A stretch of 64,000 bases of DNA from Octopus vulgaris (taxonomy: Eukaryota), in assembly GCA_951406725.2 (NCBI GenBank), contig OX597830.1, positions 37,138,001-37,202,000 of the forward strand. Reading direction: 5' to 3'. Position numbers and translations under genes: made by a program. The notes beneath the pieces are model-generated. The model had not been told where the DNA came from and searched no databases. It saw only the letters and a program-made list of their open reading frames with translations. Of the stretch, positions 25,987 through 39,186 are shown piece after piece. Position 1 is the stretch's first letter. Every line of letters begins with the position of its first letter.

Positions 25987-26069
25987 TATATGTATCTCTC
26001 TCTCTCTATCTCTTTCTTGTTCTCTGTCTCGCATATATGCGCTGTGTATTTATTGTATGTGGTTAGACG

Positions 26070-26722
26070 ATCTATTCCAATTTACTTTATGTTCTCCTTG
26101 ATACCTCTGATATTGTTCCTAAGGACCCATCAATAATTGGCACTATCTTCACCTTGTTCGTTTTCCATAGCCGGGCTATTTCGTACTTCAGATGGTGGCA
26201 TTTATCTTTTTGTTCTTCTTGACTATTCGTGGGTCAAAGGGGCATGTAACATCAACTATATAGTATGTATGGTGCATCTTGTCCACTACCATTATTTCCG
26301 GTCTGTTATGCTCTAGCACTTGATTTGCTTGTATTGGGAAATCCCAGAGGATTTTTCTATTCTCGGACTCCACTATTATCTGCGGTTTGTGCTCATACTA
26401 CGTCTTGCCTCTCTCTGGTCCCCACTTTTTGCGCAGATTCCAATGTACTTCTTTAGCTACCTGATCGTGTCGTCGCCACAACTTGTACTGGTTTTGGGAA
26501 AGTCTAGGGCATTCGTTCATGATATGGGCAATGGTCTCATTCACTCTATTGCAGATGCGGAGACACCTGGTCATTCCTAAGGTTGATCCTTCAGTTCGTG
26601 GCCAAAGCTTGGACTTACACTGCCAGTATAGTGCTCCCGGTCTCAGTTTTTAGTGCTCTTTTCATCAGCCAATCCCACCTTTTTTTCCAGCGACTTCTGT
26701 TGTGGCATTATGGAATTGATTG
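26070..26722 (-). mobile_element. RLE-type non-LTR retrotransposon 3' fragment (R4/Dong-like)
   Basis: CCHC-type region (ICNRVNETIAHIMNEC..YKLWRHDQVAK.VHW) and KILWDFPIQANQVLEHNRPEIMVVDK...IVDVTCPFD; abuts a long (TAA)n tract. Confidence 0.8.
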
Positions 26723-26726
26723 TGTA

Positions 26727-26748
26727 ATTATTATTATAACTATTATTA

Positions 26749-26795
<47 letters not shown>

Positions 26796-26799
26796 GTTG

Positions 26800-26860
<61 letters not shown>

Positions 26861-26875
26861 CATTATTATCATTGT

Positions 26876-26936
<61 letters not shown>

Positions 26937-26953
26937 TACTATTATTATTATTA

Positions 26954-26984
<31 letters not shown>

Positions 26985-27010
26985 CATTATTATCATTATT
27001 ATTATTATTA
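26727..27010. repeat. (TTA)n trinucleotide microsatellite
   Basis: Direct reading. Confidence 0.95.
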
Positions 27011-27297
27011 CTTCCCTCTGTCTTCGTGAGATAATTTTATGACACACTGAAAAACACCATGAAACCATGTCTGCATTGCACTCAATGGATTGCATTCCGC
27101 AATTTTTTGAAGCAGAGTATGGAAAAAGCAGCTCGAAAGACAAAAGTGCTTTACGGCCTTCTGACGGCAGAACAACACTTCTCGGAAGTCAAAGTCAGCT
27201 TTGTTGATGCTGAATAGATTGAATTATCTGTCAGTTCATGCTTCACTGTACTTATGTGGAATTACATATGAAATCACGTTTACACAAATGCACACAT

Positions 27298-27334
<37 letters not shown>

Positions 27335-27457
27335 TATATATATATATACAGGTATGGTATTATATATCACTGTGTGCGTGTATGTGCGTGTGTGTGCGTG
27401 TATGTGTGTATATATATGTATGCACATGCATATCTATCTATCTATTTATCATCTAGA

Positions 27458-27564
<107 letters not shown>

Positions 27565-28893
27565 GGTAAGCTTGTGGTGCATTTTGTCAGTTGATTTTTT
27601 TTTATTATTCTTTCGAATTTTGTAAACCATTATCGATTGGGAAATTTCTGCATATAGACAACCTTAGACACACACAGACTTACTCACACACAAGTACGTA
27701 TCTATACACACAAACACCCACACACACGCGCGCAAACACACGCATACACATATACGGTTATATGCTTTGTTAACTGTACACTTCAATTACAAATTCAATT
27801 CATCAAGGACGAAGGAATACCATCGATATTGAACTATAGACAAAGCATATTCAACAACAACTGCGTAGAAATACACATGCTTTACATCAGCTGAAAGTAA
27901 GCAAATACTCACCGCAAGTGAATTATATTAGAGCCTATATGGAGCCATTGTTGGTGTTATTTGACAAGTGATAAATACCAAATGCAGATTACCATGTTAA
28001 AAATGAAAGAAAATAGTGCATTCATTTAGTTGTGTAATATTTGGTTTCTGTTTCTGGAATGTCATTGTCAACAATATCACGAATTTGATCGTTACAATAT
28101 TCATTTTATTTCAGATTATTTAGGACAAGTGAATACGAGCGCAGGCTATCAGTTTAGAAATCTATATCCCAGTAATGAAATTATCTATTCAGCACAAATT
28201 GACAAAATTTCTATCGTTTATGCATTATTTATGAGTGTACTATCGGATGCTATTAGTATTTCAAAGCTATATGCCACCTAAATCCAATTACTTTTCGTGT
28301 ATCTAAGATACTACGATGTCTACACAGGTACATGGAGGCTACTTCTCTAGAACTGTTAACAAGTTGTTTTAGTAGCTATATATTCAATAACCAGAAGACC
28401 TCACATCCAATTATTTTCTAATTTCATTTAGTTGGTGTAATTGTTTTACACATTTGAACGTGGTAGTTTCGTGCTTATCGGCTACCCAACTGTGGGATGT
28501 TCCTCTGTCACAGTTTCTCATACGTTCTTCAGAGTTGCTCACGTTTATAGTGCATAGTATATCCATCAGCTCGACGATCTAAAGCTAAAATCAGTCGCAT
28601 CGAACGTAGAAGGCTAGGGAACATTACTTATGACACGTATTCCGCTTCTCCAACAATCTCCTTTAAAATAATTTTTCTAATACAGCAACAAAACTACAAT
28701 TTCGAGATATAAGTATCATTGATATATCCACATTTGCATTCGATTGGGACTATTTTATCGCCTACCACCAATGAACAATGTTACATTCAACCTCTTCCTG
28801 AATATAAATACATGTGGTCTGATACGTTATAATTTGTTTTATCCTGCATTTCCCCCTAAAAACACACTATTGAAAATTAAACGAAAATATGTG

Positions 28894-29106
28894 TACGACG
28901 GGGTGCTGAAAGTTCCTGATTTTAAGGGTATCGCGAATGGCCTGATTCGAGGCCCAATCTTCCGTGTTCTATTATAGGGCTTAGAAATACTGAAAGGCCG
29001 CTGCAATAAGAATGGAGAGGAGAATATGTTGTATAAAATCACAATTAACTGATATCCCTACATTTTCCTTTACCGAAAGCGAGGAATATTTCAGCATCCA
29101 CTCGTA
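28894..29106 (+). mobile_element. Mariner-derived MITE
   Basis: TIRs tacgacggggtgctgaaagttcct / ggaatatttcagcatccactcgta with TA ends. Confidence 0.75.
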
Positions 29107-29179
29107 TAGCTATAAACTGTGCACGATTAAGTATTACGTTTCATTATCACATTTAAAGCATTGCGCTTTCCGGAGGTTC

Positions 29180-29584
29180 AAATAGTTTTCATCCTTCCGG
29201 GATTGATAAAATGTATATTAATTGAGTATTGGAGTCGATGTAATATACTTTGCCCTCCTGATACATTGATGTTCTTGAGCCTAAATTTGAAACACTCCAA
29301 GTTGGTTTACTGTTTTTCGTTGCACTTCTCATAACAATGATTTCGGAATGGAGTACAAACACTGAGACCGTAGCACTTTAGCCTGGTAACTTCATTCGGT
29401 CTTCTCCCACCGCACCAGGTCATAAATCAGGAAATTTAAGAAGTGATTGATTTTGTTTAGATATTTAAAGGTTTTCTTTTTGATAAAGCAACAGCTAACA
29501 CGTTCGTGAAATTCACATTTCCTCTTGTCTAAGAAATAGCAAATCTAGCACAGCTTAGAGGGCTCACATGATTCTGGGTCCTGT

Positions 29585-29671
<87 letters not shown>

Positions 29672-31090
29672 TGTGTGTGTATGAAGGAGAAAAATATTTT
29701 CTGATATCAACGATTAAATGTTTCAATTGGGAATACTATTTTATTCCACTTACCATGTAATTTGCACTTCTCTATTACAATCAAGACGAGAGACAAATAA
29801 TAAAATGTTCTCGTTTTAATACCTTAATTCCATTCATTAGACCCGACCCAGTATTAGTTTCATTTTATGAATGCCATTAGATTATTAGTACTTATTAAAT
29901 TAGTACAAGCAAGAACAGTTCGTCTGTTTATTGGACTCACCTGAGTTATCTGTGTCACACGGTTGACAACCCCCCCAAAAAAACAAACAAACAAACAAAG
30001 AAAGAAAACGAGGACGTGACACGTACTTCAATCACCAAACCACTCGTTTGGAAAGAAATATTCAACACACCTAAATTCCATTCTAATTTTTTTATCGTTA
30101 AATACTTGGACAATAAAAATGTGATCTTCAGTGGATGGCTCACAGATGCAAATGTCTCCGGTATAATCGTCCTCCTAAACTGATTACCATCCGGGGAATA
30201 AATCGCAAATCCAGTTTGGTATCTTTCGACTGCGAACGAGTAAAGGTAAACAGAGTTACATTCTGCACCTCAGCATTTCATCGAGAACTACTTCATTTTT
30301 TTCAGATAACGTTTAATTCATTATTCTTCTCCATTGTAAGTCTCATCAATTATCTGCATTCTTACAAGATCATCTTTTTTAGAGTTTTACTTTGAATTCA
30401 CTTGTATATTTCTTCTGCACTATAACGCAGAATATCTTGCTCCACTAAACTGTACTAGATTTGATATTCGTTAGACAAGAAGAAATATGTATTTCACGTA
30501 CGTGTTAGCTTCTTCTTTAAATATCTTAAAAAAAGACTCCGCCGGTTACGACGACGAGGGTCCCAGCTGATACGATCAACGAAATTAACGTGCAAATGGC
30601 TGAGCATTCCACAGACACGTGTACCCTTAACGTAGTTCTCGGGGATAATCAGCGTGACACAGAGAGTGACAAGGCTGACCCTTTGAAATACAAGTACAAC
30701 TCATTTTTGCCAGCTGAGTGGACTGGAGCAACGTGAAATAAAGTGTCTTGCTCAAGGACACAACGCGTCGCCGGGAATCGAACTCACAACCTTACGATCA
30801 TGAGCCGAATGCCCTAACCACTAAGCCACGCGCCCTCACCTTTAAATATCTAAACAAAGTCAATTTCCCGATTTATGACCTGGTGCGATGTGAGAAAACC
30901 GAATGAAGTTACCAGGCTGAAGTGCGACGTTCTCGGTGCTGGTGAAACGAAAAACAGAAAGCCAGCCTGGAGTGTTTCAAATTTTGGCTCAAGGACATCA
31001 ATGTATGAGGAGGGCGAAAGTATATTACATCGACCCGAAATTCTCAATTAATAGACGTTTTATCAGCTCTGGAAGGACGAAAACAATTTC
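29180..31090. repeat. Old ~400-bp inverted duplication (arms ~29180-29580 and ~30425-31090)
   Basis: e.g. gcctggtaacttcattcggt...cgcaccaggtcataaatc vs gatttatgacctggtgcg...accgaatgaagttaccaggc; homology resumes on the far side of the SINE at 30527-30839. Confidence 0.85.
30527..30839 (-). mobile_element. SINE family C (tRNA head plus V-SINE-like core) with 12-bp TSD
   Basis: Minus strand gggcgcgtggcttagtggttagg...gagttcgattccc...tgtgtccttgagcaagacac; ctttaaatatct at 30515-30526 and 30840-30851. Confidence 0.9.
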
Positions 31091-31179
31091 AATTCAGAAC
31101 TAATACCGCTAAGCAATTTGCCCGGCGAGCTGAACGATTCTGCCAGCTCTTCGTCTTACGAAGGTTACTAGTATACTTT

Positions 31180-31425
31180 CCATAATAGGTACAAGACTTG
31201 AAATGGTAGGGATGGGGACTAATCGATTTCATCGGCCCCAGTACTTGACTGGTTATTATATCGACCCGAAATTATGAAAGGGTCGATATAATCGACTTAA
31301 TCCGTTTGTCTGTCCTTGTTTATCCTCTCTGTGTTTAGCCCCCTGTGGGTAGTAAAGAAATAGAAATTGGTACCTATTTTATCGACTCACGAAATGGTGA
31401 AAAGCAGAGACGACCTCGGAAAGCT
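31180..31425. mobile_element. Nested SINE B fragments (old - copy interrupted by younger + tail at 31281-31362)
   Basis: atcgacccgaaattatgaaagg (-) | gtcgatataatcgacttaatccgtttg...gtaaagaaata (+) | ggtacctattttatcgactc (-). Confidence 0.65.
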
Positions 31426-31435
31426 ATTAATATAA

Positions 31436-31525
<90 letters not shown>

Positions 31526-31530
31526 AATAA
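31436..31530. repeat. (AAT)n/(AAAT)n microsatellite
   Basis: Direct reading. Confidence 0.95.
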
Positions 31531-32989
31531 GTAAGATATCAACAAATTGGCTGAGTTTCCATGATCGTTTGCTGCAAGCTTAATATCAGATGCGAACACT
31601 TTTCCGACTTGTTTAACTCAAAACATCTGTTGGGATTTTAGTATTTTTATATCACAGACACGACTGTTTCATGTAACTGATTTACACCACAATCACCTGA
31701 ACTAACTGGGATCTATGATATTCCGCATGGACGACATACGAATATAAAATCGATTATTCATCTAGTTATCCGAAACATTTCTCAAACCGGACATTTAACC
31801 CTGTTCTAAACATCAGTATATTAGGATTCTTGATTACATAGTTTGGTTGCATATTCTGAGAGCATCGTAACGTACTGTCTGTAAAATCTGTTATTATTGA
31901 TATAATTAGACCGTGTATACGAATATAAACGTGTTCTGCCTCTAATTCATCGCATACAGACTTAATTACTTCTGGATGATTAAAGAATGTTCACATACTC
32001 CGATGAATACTGCATGTTCTCTTATACAATATCTTTTCAAGCCAGATAATGTGGTGTATAACTACATGCCTGAATACATATTTCCAACATTCAAGCTTTA
32101 AACAGCTACAAGTACTTCTATTGGCTATTAAGTTGAAATAATCTAATTTTCAGTCCATCCCATTGTGCAGAAATTAAATATTGAGAGCAGTGATTAGTAC
32201 CAATGATTTTAGTAGAGAGGAAAATTTAATGCAGAGGTAAAGGTTAATCTAAATTTAATTATTTAATTGTCCGGAAATTTCTTTGGTTGAATAGTTTATT
32301 GGACAATTCCATCGAAAGATTAAAAACAATAAACCTTCTCATTCGTTATTCGAAATGGATTTTACTCGGTACTATCTAAATGCGCTGTTTATATAGTTAT
32401 AATCAAACTTCAAAGTGAATATTGAAAAGGAAACCACACATAGCAATAAATATGCAATGATTGAGTGGACCCATGACGAAGATCGTTCCACTTCTAACCA
32501 TCCAATCTTTTCGTTTCACGCATCCAATCTCGAAGAGCATATTATTTAATTCAATTCAAACATCAACATTTTTTTGTAGACAACAAGGAGTCATCTGAAT
32601 CAAACTAAGCGAATATTTCCAGAATGTTGAGCGACCACATAAAGGATTTTTGCAATGGTATCGAATGAAATAGTAATAATCAGAGTAAAACAAATTTCAG
32701 CTGTATTTTGTACTGGATATTTCATTTAAGATCAACGTCAACATCGGTTATAGCATGTTTTGCAGTCTTTTACTCTTTACTCGATAAAGAAAGAACAGTT
32801 TAGATTTGTATCAAATCAAATAAAATTATTATATTTCCTTTATCGTAAAATGAATTAGAGTGTATCGTTATAATTAATGGAGAGCAAATCTTCTGATTAT
32901 AACATGATGTATTTATCTCACGAAATACATTAGATACTACCAGCAGGAAAGCTGGCACAAATACTACAATTAAAGTCTAAAATAATAAT

Positions 32990-33212
32990 AAATGTGCCCT
33001 TTTAAAGCCTAGCCAGGTTCATGGGTCCGGTTTCTATGGCGTATGTGTTCCCCAGCAGGACGGGACGCCAGTCCATCGCAGTGTTACTCATTTTTGCCAG
33101 CTGAGTGGACTGGAGCAACGTGAAATCAAGTGTTTTGCTCAAGAACACAACGTGACGCCCAGTCTAGGAATCGAAAACACAATCTTACGAAAATGGTGCT
33201 GACATGCGCCTC
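32990..33212 (-). mobile_element. SINE sharing family C core but with a different tail
   Basis: actcatttttgccagctgagtggactggagcaacgtgaaat identical to the family C copy; tail unrelated. Confidence 0.82.
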
Positions 33213-33480
33213 GACTAATTACAGTTTAACTTCTATAAAATTTCTTGTTTGTACAAAATTATGATTTTCTCTTATTCTTCTATCCGTTTCAGCCTTAAGG
33301 CTGTGGCCATACTGGAGCACCACCAGTGTAATCGCCTTTTCAGTAGCTACTCTCATGGAATTTACTTTTGGTGAAGGACAGAGTTGCATATGAATATATA
33401 TTTTTCTTAACACAAAGTATAATTAACTAATTTCTCAGTTATATAACTCATTTTATAATTTCATTGTCAATTAATTCCTC

Positions 33481-33567
33481 ACCGCCACCACCACCACCAC
33501 CACCACCACCACCACCAAAACCACCACAACCACCACCACCACCACCACTACGGCCACCACCACTACC
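33481..33567. repeat. (CCA)n microsatellite
   Basis: Direct reading. Confidence 0.9.
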
Positions 33568-33810
33568 CGCGCCTTAGCTATGATTATTCTCTTTCACTGC
33601 TTGTGTAGAGTGATTCTTTACAATTTATCTGCCACAAATCCTAGTGTGTGCACTATTACTGCACACACATAATATATATGTATGGGTGTGTGTATGTATA
33701 TATGTATATATATATATGTGTATATACATATATGAATATATGTGTATATATATGTGTGTATATATATGTATATATGTATATATATATATTTATGTATATA
33801 TATGTATATT

Positions 33811-33841
<31 letters not shown>

Positions 33842-34587
33842 GTGTATATATCTATGATATATATATGTATATATATGTATGCATAATATGTATATATATA
33901 TATATTAGTATATATATATATATATATACACGCACATTTAGAGGGAGAGAGGGACTGTGTTAGTACGTATGTAATGCCTTAACACTCGATCAATATCCCT
34001 TCCATATAACCAACTCCTTCATCATTTCTTTTAATTTAATCATTCGCTTTCTAAAATTCGCTCCGATACAACTACTTGTATATCGGGCAAATGAAACTTG
34101 TCTGACAGGTTCAACGAATCTTGCGTGTGACCTAAAATTTTCTTCTGTTGTATTCCATTTCTGTCCTGTGCATCACTTCAGCAAGCATCTCTTTGTGGTC
34201 GTTTTGGCCTTAGAGCGATTTTGAAGGGTCTCTTCTCTGTCCGCAACTAGGAATAAATTGGCGTCTTTCAAATTTCACACCTTACGGAGTCAACAGCTAC
34301 ACGCTCATTCTGTAACACGCAAAACGCTTCACAAACGCATGCCATATATATACAGATCTACACAAACATTCAGACGAAAGCGTATGCAACTAAATACACA
34401 CTCACACTGAACATCAACCTAACGTCAAGTGACATGAGCACACAAACTACCACTCACATCACCATCCATAGCACTCCCATATTTATTCCATAAGCACACA
34501 TCCATTACGATGCGCAAGTATTACCATCAACTGGTCTCAGACCACTTGAAAGATATACAAATTAATATATTAGACACTTACATACAA

Positions 34588-34628
<41 letters not shown>

Positions 34629-34709
34629 GCGTGTGTGTGTGAGTATATAAATATATATATATATACATGCGTGTGTGTGTGAGTATATATATATATGTAT
34701 ATATATATA

Positions 34710-34984
34710 TCACTGTGATCACTGTGACCGACCAGGCTATCGGATGTTGCTACACATCGCTGGTAACAATGCGCTTCGCATTGTTTTAGCCTTCAAATGA
34801 CGCCACCAAAGGGCCAACAGAAAAAAGAGTGAGAGACAGTTGTGGCGAAAGAGTTCAGCAGGGATCGCCACCACTCCCTGGCGAAGCCTCGTCGAGCTTT
34901 AGGTGTTTTCACTCAATAAACACTCACAACGCCCAGTCTGGGAATCGAAACGGCGATCCGTTGCCCTAACCATTGTGCCTCCAC
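34710..34984 (-). mobile_element. SINE family D
   Basis: Reverse-complement homology to 25222-25512. Confidence 0.88.
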
Positions 34985-35314
34985 CCCATATATATATATA
35001 AATTTTAATAATAATAATAATAAAGAGTATGAAGACTTGTACATCCACAAAATTTATATTATAATTATATACGACATATAATAACCTACACCTGTTTCCG
35101 TGCAGCGAGAGATAATACGGTATCCGCCCTGATAATATATCCCTCCAAACTCACTTAAAAACAGCTTCGTTGAATGTTATACTGTAAAAGAGGATTAAAG
35201 TCGTATCAACTAAATGTGAACAAGGGTGTCAAGACACCTAGTTTGCTACAATGCTGTTATAAAGCACATAACACATATTCAAATAGGGACTCCAATCGCT
35301 CAGAACACCGAACC

Positions 35315-35380
35315 GAGAATTCCTTAAACTTACTGGTCAGTTTCGGCTATTTTCGTAGTCATCGTCAGTAAGAAATTCTC
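35315..35380 (-). ncRNA. Type I hammerhead-like motif with 12-bp stem I
   Basis: GAGAAUUUCUUA-CUGACGA-uGACUA(CGAAAA)UAGCC-GAAA-CU..AG-UU^UAAGGAAUUCUC; one A.C mismatch in stem II. Confidence 0.6.
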
Positions 35381-35540
35381 TTCCTTACCATCATGCTTTC
35401 ATGGCTTCAGTCCGATTAGGTAGCATTGTAGCTAACTGTCTTCTACTCTAGTACTGGGCCGACCAAGCCTGGTGAGTGAATTTTGTGGTAGTCATAAAGA
35501 TGGAAACTGAAACTCCTCGTCTATATACATATATACATAC

Positions 35541-35572
<32 letters not shown>

Positions 35573-35737
35573 GTATTTCGAGTCGCGTCGCGTATCATAC
35601 ATAGAAACCAACCGGAAAGTATCACCGGTCACCTAATGAAGCAGTAGCACGATACATAAGTAGTGACTTCGTAACTGACTTTGAACACATCGTATTCTAC
35701 TGTATTTTAGCGCAATGCGTTTTTTCTGGTCCAATTG

Positions 35738-36000
35738 TAGCACATTTTCATGTGTATTTGTTTGTGCGTGTGTATGTGAGTGTGTAAGTGAGAATATGTA
35801 GGTGGTGTTTTAGTGTGAGTGTCTTTGTGTTTGTCAGTGTGTATATATATAAGCGCATATTTTAGCACATTTATATGTGTATTTGTTTGTGCGTGTGTAT
35901 GTGAGTGTGTACGTGAGAATATGTATGAGGTGTTTTAGTGTGAGTGCCTTTGTGTTTGTCAGTGTGTATATATATATATATATATAAGCGCATATTTTAG
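35738..36000. repeat. Two-copy ~125-bp tandem duplication of TG-rich sequence
   Basis: tagcacattt...gtgagaatatgta...aagcgcatattttag starts at 35738 and 35863. Confidence 0.85.
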
Positions 36001-36779
36001 TAGATGACATTATAAAGGTGTCATAATACTTTCCCCATAAGAAACTGATGCGGCAGTGTCTAGAGAGAGAGACAGAAACGCGAATCACCTGCGCAATAGG
36101 CCGATTGGTTGGAAGACATTTTTTTAATTATTCGATGTACTTTTCGTCACACTTATTCTTGTCTTGTTGGAAGGTGTTTCGGTGCGTTAAGATGTACAAA
36201 TATATTTTTGACAACGTGTGAATTAATTTGACAACATTGTTATTAAAGAAATCATTCTATGCTCAAGTTGGAGGAATTTCCAATGGCCAATTGCAGCCTC
36301 ACAATATTAAATATGAACTAATGATAAAATTATATCTGCTTATTAGTGTCTCAAAGATAAAGAAAATGCATTAATTATCCTAATACTCTCTTAACGAGGG
36401 TCAACTTTAGTAGAAATTACATGAAAAGTAACAAAAAGTAAATTTAAAAATATTAAAGCATGAACAATTGCAAATGAAAAATTAAGTTTTAATTACCATA
36501 CTTATCGATTAGGAACATCACACGGAAAAGAAGTTATTAAAACATGATATGTGACAGTGTAAGCGTGTAGGCTACATATATACATACACAAACACACACA
36601 CAATCACATATAGTTAGATACAAACATACACACACATACATAGATGCATACATATATATATATAGGTATATACATACATGCATATATATATATATATATA
36701 TATATACATGAATAATTAAATACGTGTGGGTTTCTATCTCCTTCACTCTCTCTTTCTCCTTCCCCTCTCCCTTTATATA

Positions 36780-37589
36780 CAGGGTGTTTCAAAATATTTG
36801 ATATTTCAAAATCTAATAACTTTGCCAGTTCTTATTCAAATGGCTTCAAATTTTAACAGCATGTGTAGAAACAGGTCAAAATATTTTATGTTTAATGTTT
36901 GATATGTTTATCATTTCAGGTATAGAAATGGCATTCACCAGAACACAAAATGCGTTTTTGTGTTGGAGTATGCTCGAACACAGCCGAACAAGACTGCAGC
37001 GTGCGTTTGTGAGAGAGTTCTCTTAAAATGTCACCAACGGCAATGTTGATTTGGACGTGGGTCAAAAAATTCGAAGAAGATGGCTGTTTGTGCAGGGCAA
37101 AAGGATCTGGACAGTCGAGCAGGTTCGCCAAAAGCTCTTGTGAAGCCCCAAGAAGTCGATAAGAAAAACCCAGATTCCTCCAGCGACACTTTGGAACGTC
37201 CTGAGGAAATGCTTGCTAATGAAAACCTACAAGCTGCAGATCGTTCAGGCCATGACGGCAGATGACAGGGGAAAGCGCAAACATGGAGCTATGTGAAGGA
37301 CCTGGTCTATGTCCCCACCTCTTCCTGCAAACCTCGAGACTGTTACCCAAGACATACTGCAGCGTGTTTGGGAGGGGATGGATTACCGACTTGACGTGTG
37401 CTGTGTCTCAGGTGGTGCGCAAATTGCACACTTGTAAAATTGCTCATGGAATCCACATAACTTTGAATTTCTAATTCAAATTTGGAGGAATAAATCTTAT
37501 GTTGCTCAACATTAAGCCTGTTTAGTTTCATTCGCTTTCACTATGTAGTTTCTGTGATATTTACATCTCAATTTCTTTGAAACGCACTG
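36780..37589 (+). mobile_element. Internally deleted Tc1/mariner-superfamily transposon (DUF4817-type N-terminus)
   Basis: TA-flanked TIRs cagggtgtttcaaa / tttgaaacgcactg; frameshifted CVLEYARTQ..QRAFVREF..PTAMLIWTWVKKFEEDGCLCRAKGSG. Confidence 0.85.
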
Positions 37590-37670
37590 TATATATATAA
37601 CAAATTTTAGCGTAATGAGATAAAAAAACCCCCAAGGGTGTGTAGATATTAGAGCATTTATAGATAGAAG

Positions 37671-37722
37671 GTCTTACAGCTGTTTCCAGGATATATATTA
37701 ATTATATCCCTTCATCGGAGAC
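37671..37722 (-). ncRNA. Minimal hammerhead-like motif with CCGAUGA core in a (TA)n-inserted fragment (~37595-37770)
   Basis: GUCU-CCGAUGA-aGGGAUAUA(...)UAUAUCCUg-GAAA-CAGCUG-UA^AGAC; palindromic stem III, GUA site. Confidence 0.65.
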
Positions 37723-37767
37723 GGTGTGAGAGGATGACTAAGTCATAGTTAGTTTAGATGTGATATA

Positions 37768-37799
<32 letters not shown>

Positions 37800-38189
37800 A
37801 TGTGTGTGTGTGTGTGTTTGTGTGTATGTGTATGTGTGTGTGTGAGTGTGTTCCTGTGTGTGAAAGAGTGCATGTAATTACGTACGTATGTATTCAAAGC
37901 GTGGATTTCGATACGTGGTTTTTAGTTAGAAACATTGTGCTGCAAACATACCAAAATTTGAAACGTTATAGATTTAGATGCTTGTGAAACTTTATTGTTA
38001 TTGAATGCTTTGGCATTAAAAGTAGCTACAAGCAAACTAGCAAGAGAGGTAGAGACATAAAGAATTGTGAACCTCAAAGCATAGTATCTTTTACCCATCT
38101 GCATTTCAGTATACAAGTTAAATATCTGTATACATATAAACTAATGTACAAACATCGAAACATGCATATAGATACACACACACATCGTA

Positions 38190-38284
<95 letters not shown>

Positions 38285-38344
38285 ATATATATATATGTGT
38301 GCGTGTAAGATCAAAGGATCAAGGTGTAGAAAGGGAGATTGCTT

Positions 38345-38661
<317 letters not shown>

Positions 38662-38912
38662 TACATATAAAGTAAAAATTGCAGTTAGGTGTTAAATAAT
38701 CACCTAATGGATATTATATATCCACAGAGTTATTGATACTTGTTTAAAATAAGATTAGTGTGAATGAACTAATACCAGTTTGATCCAGTTGCATCCAACT
38801 TGAAGGAACCTATCTCGTCTTCTTAGGTTTCTACGCACCTGATGAGAAAAGTTCTTTTAACGAGCCTACGAAAATTTGTTGTATAGAACCAAATCAGATT
38901 GTTTTCAAATAA

Positions 38913-38943
<31 letters not shown>

Positions 38944-38944
38944 A

Positions 38945-39018
<74 letters not shown>

Positions 39019-39129
39019 CCAAAATACATATATAAATACGTGTGTGTGAGTATGTATATATATATATATATACATAACGTAAATACGCAAAATATTACAC
39101 ATACACACATATATTATGTACTCAGACGT

Positions 39130-39186
<57 letters not shown>

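Noticed and set aside
29955-30270. Open frame in the spacer of the inverted duplication (YSFAVERYQTGFAIYSPDG...)
   Set aside because: No ATG or splice support and no recognisable family
30770-30838. tRNA-like sequence (also 25222-25290 and the SINE A/B heads)
   Set aside because: SINE heads continuing into SINE bodies; no proper acceptor stem, so not tRNA genes
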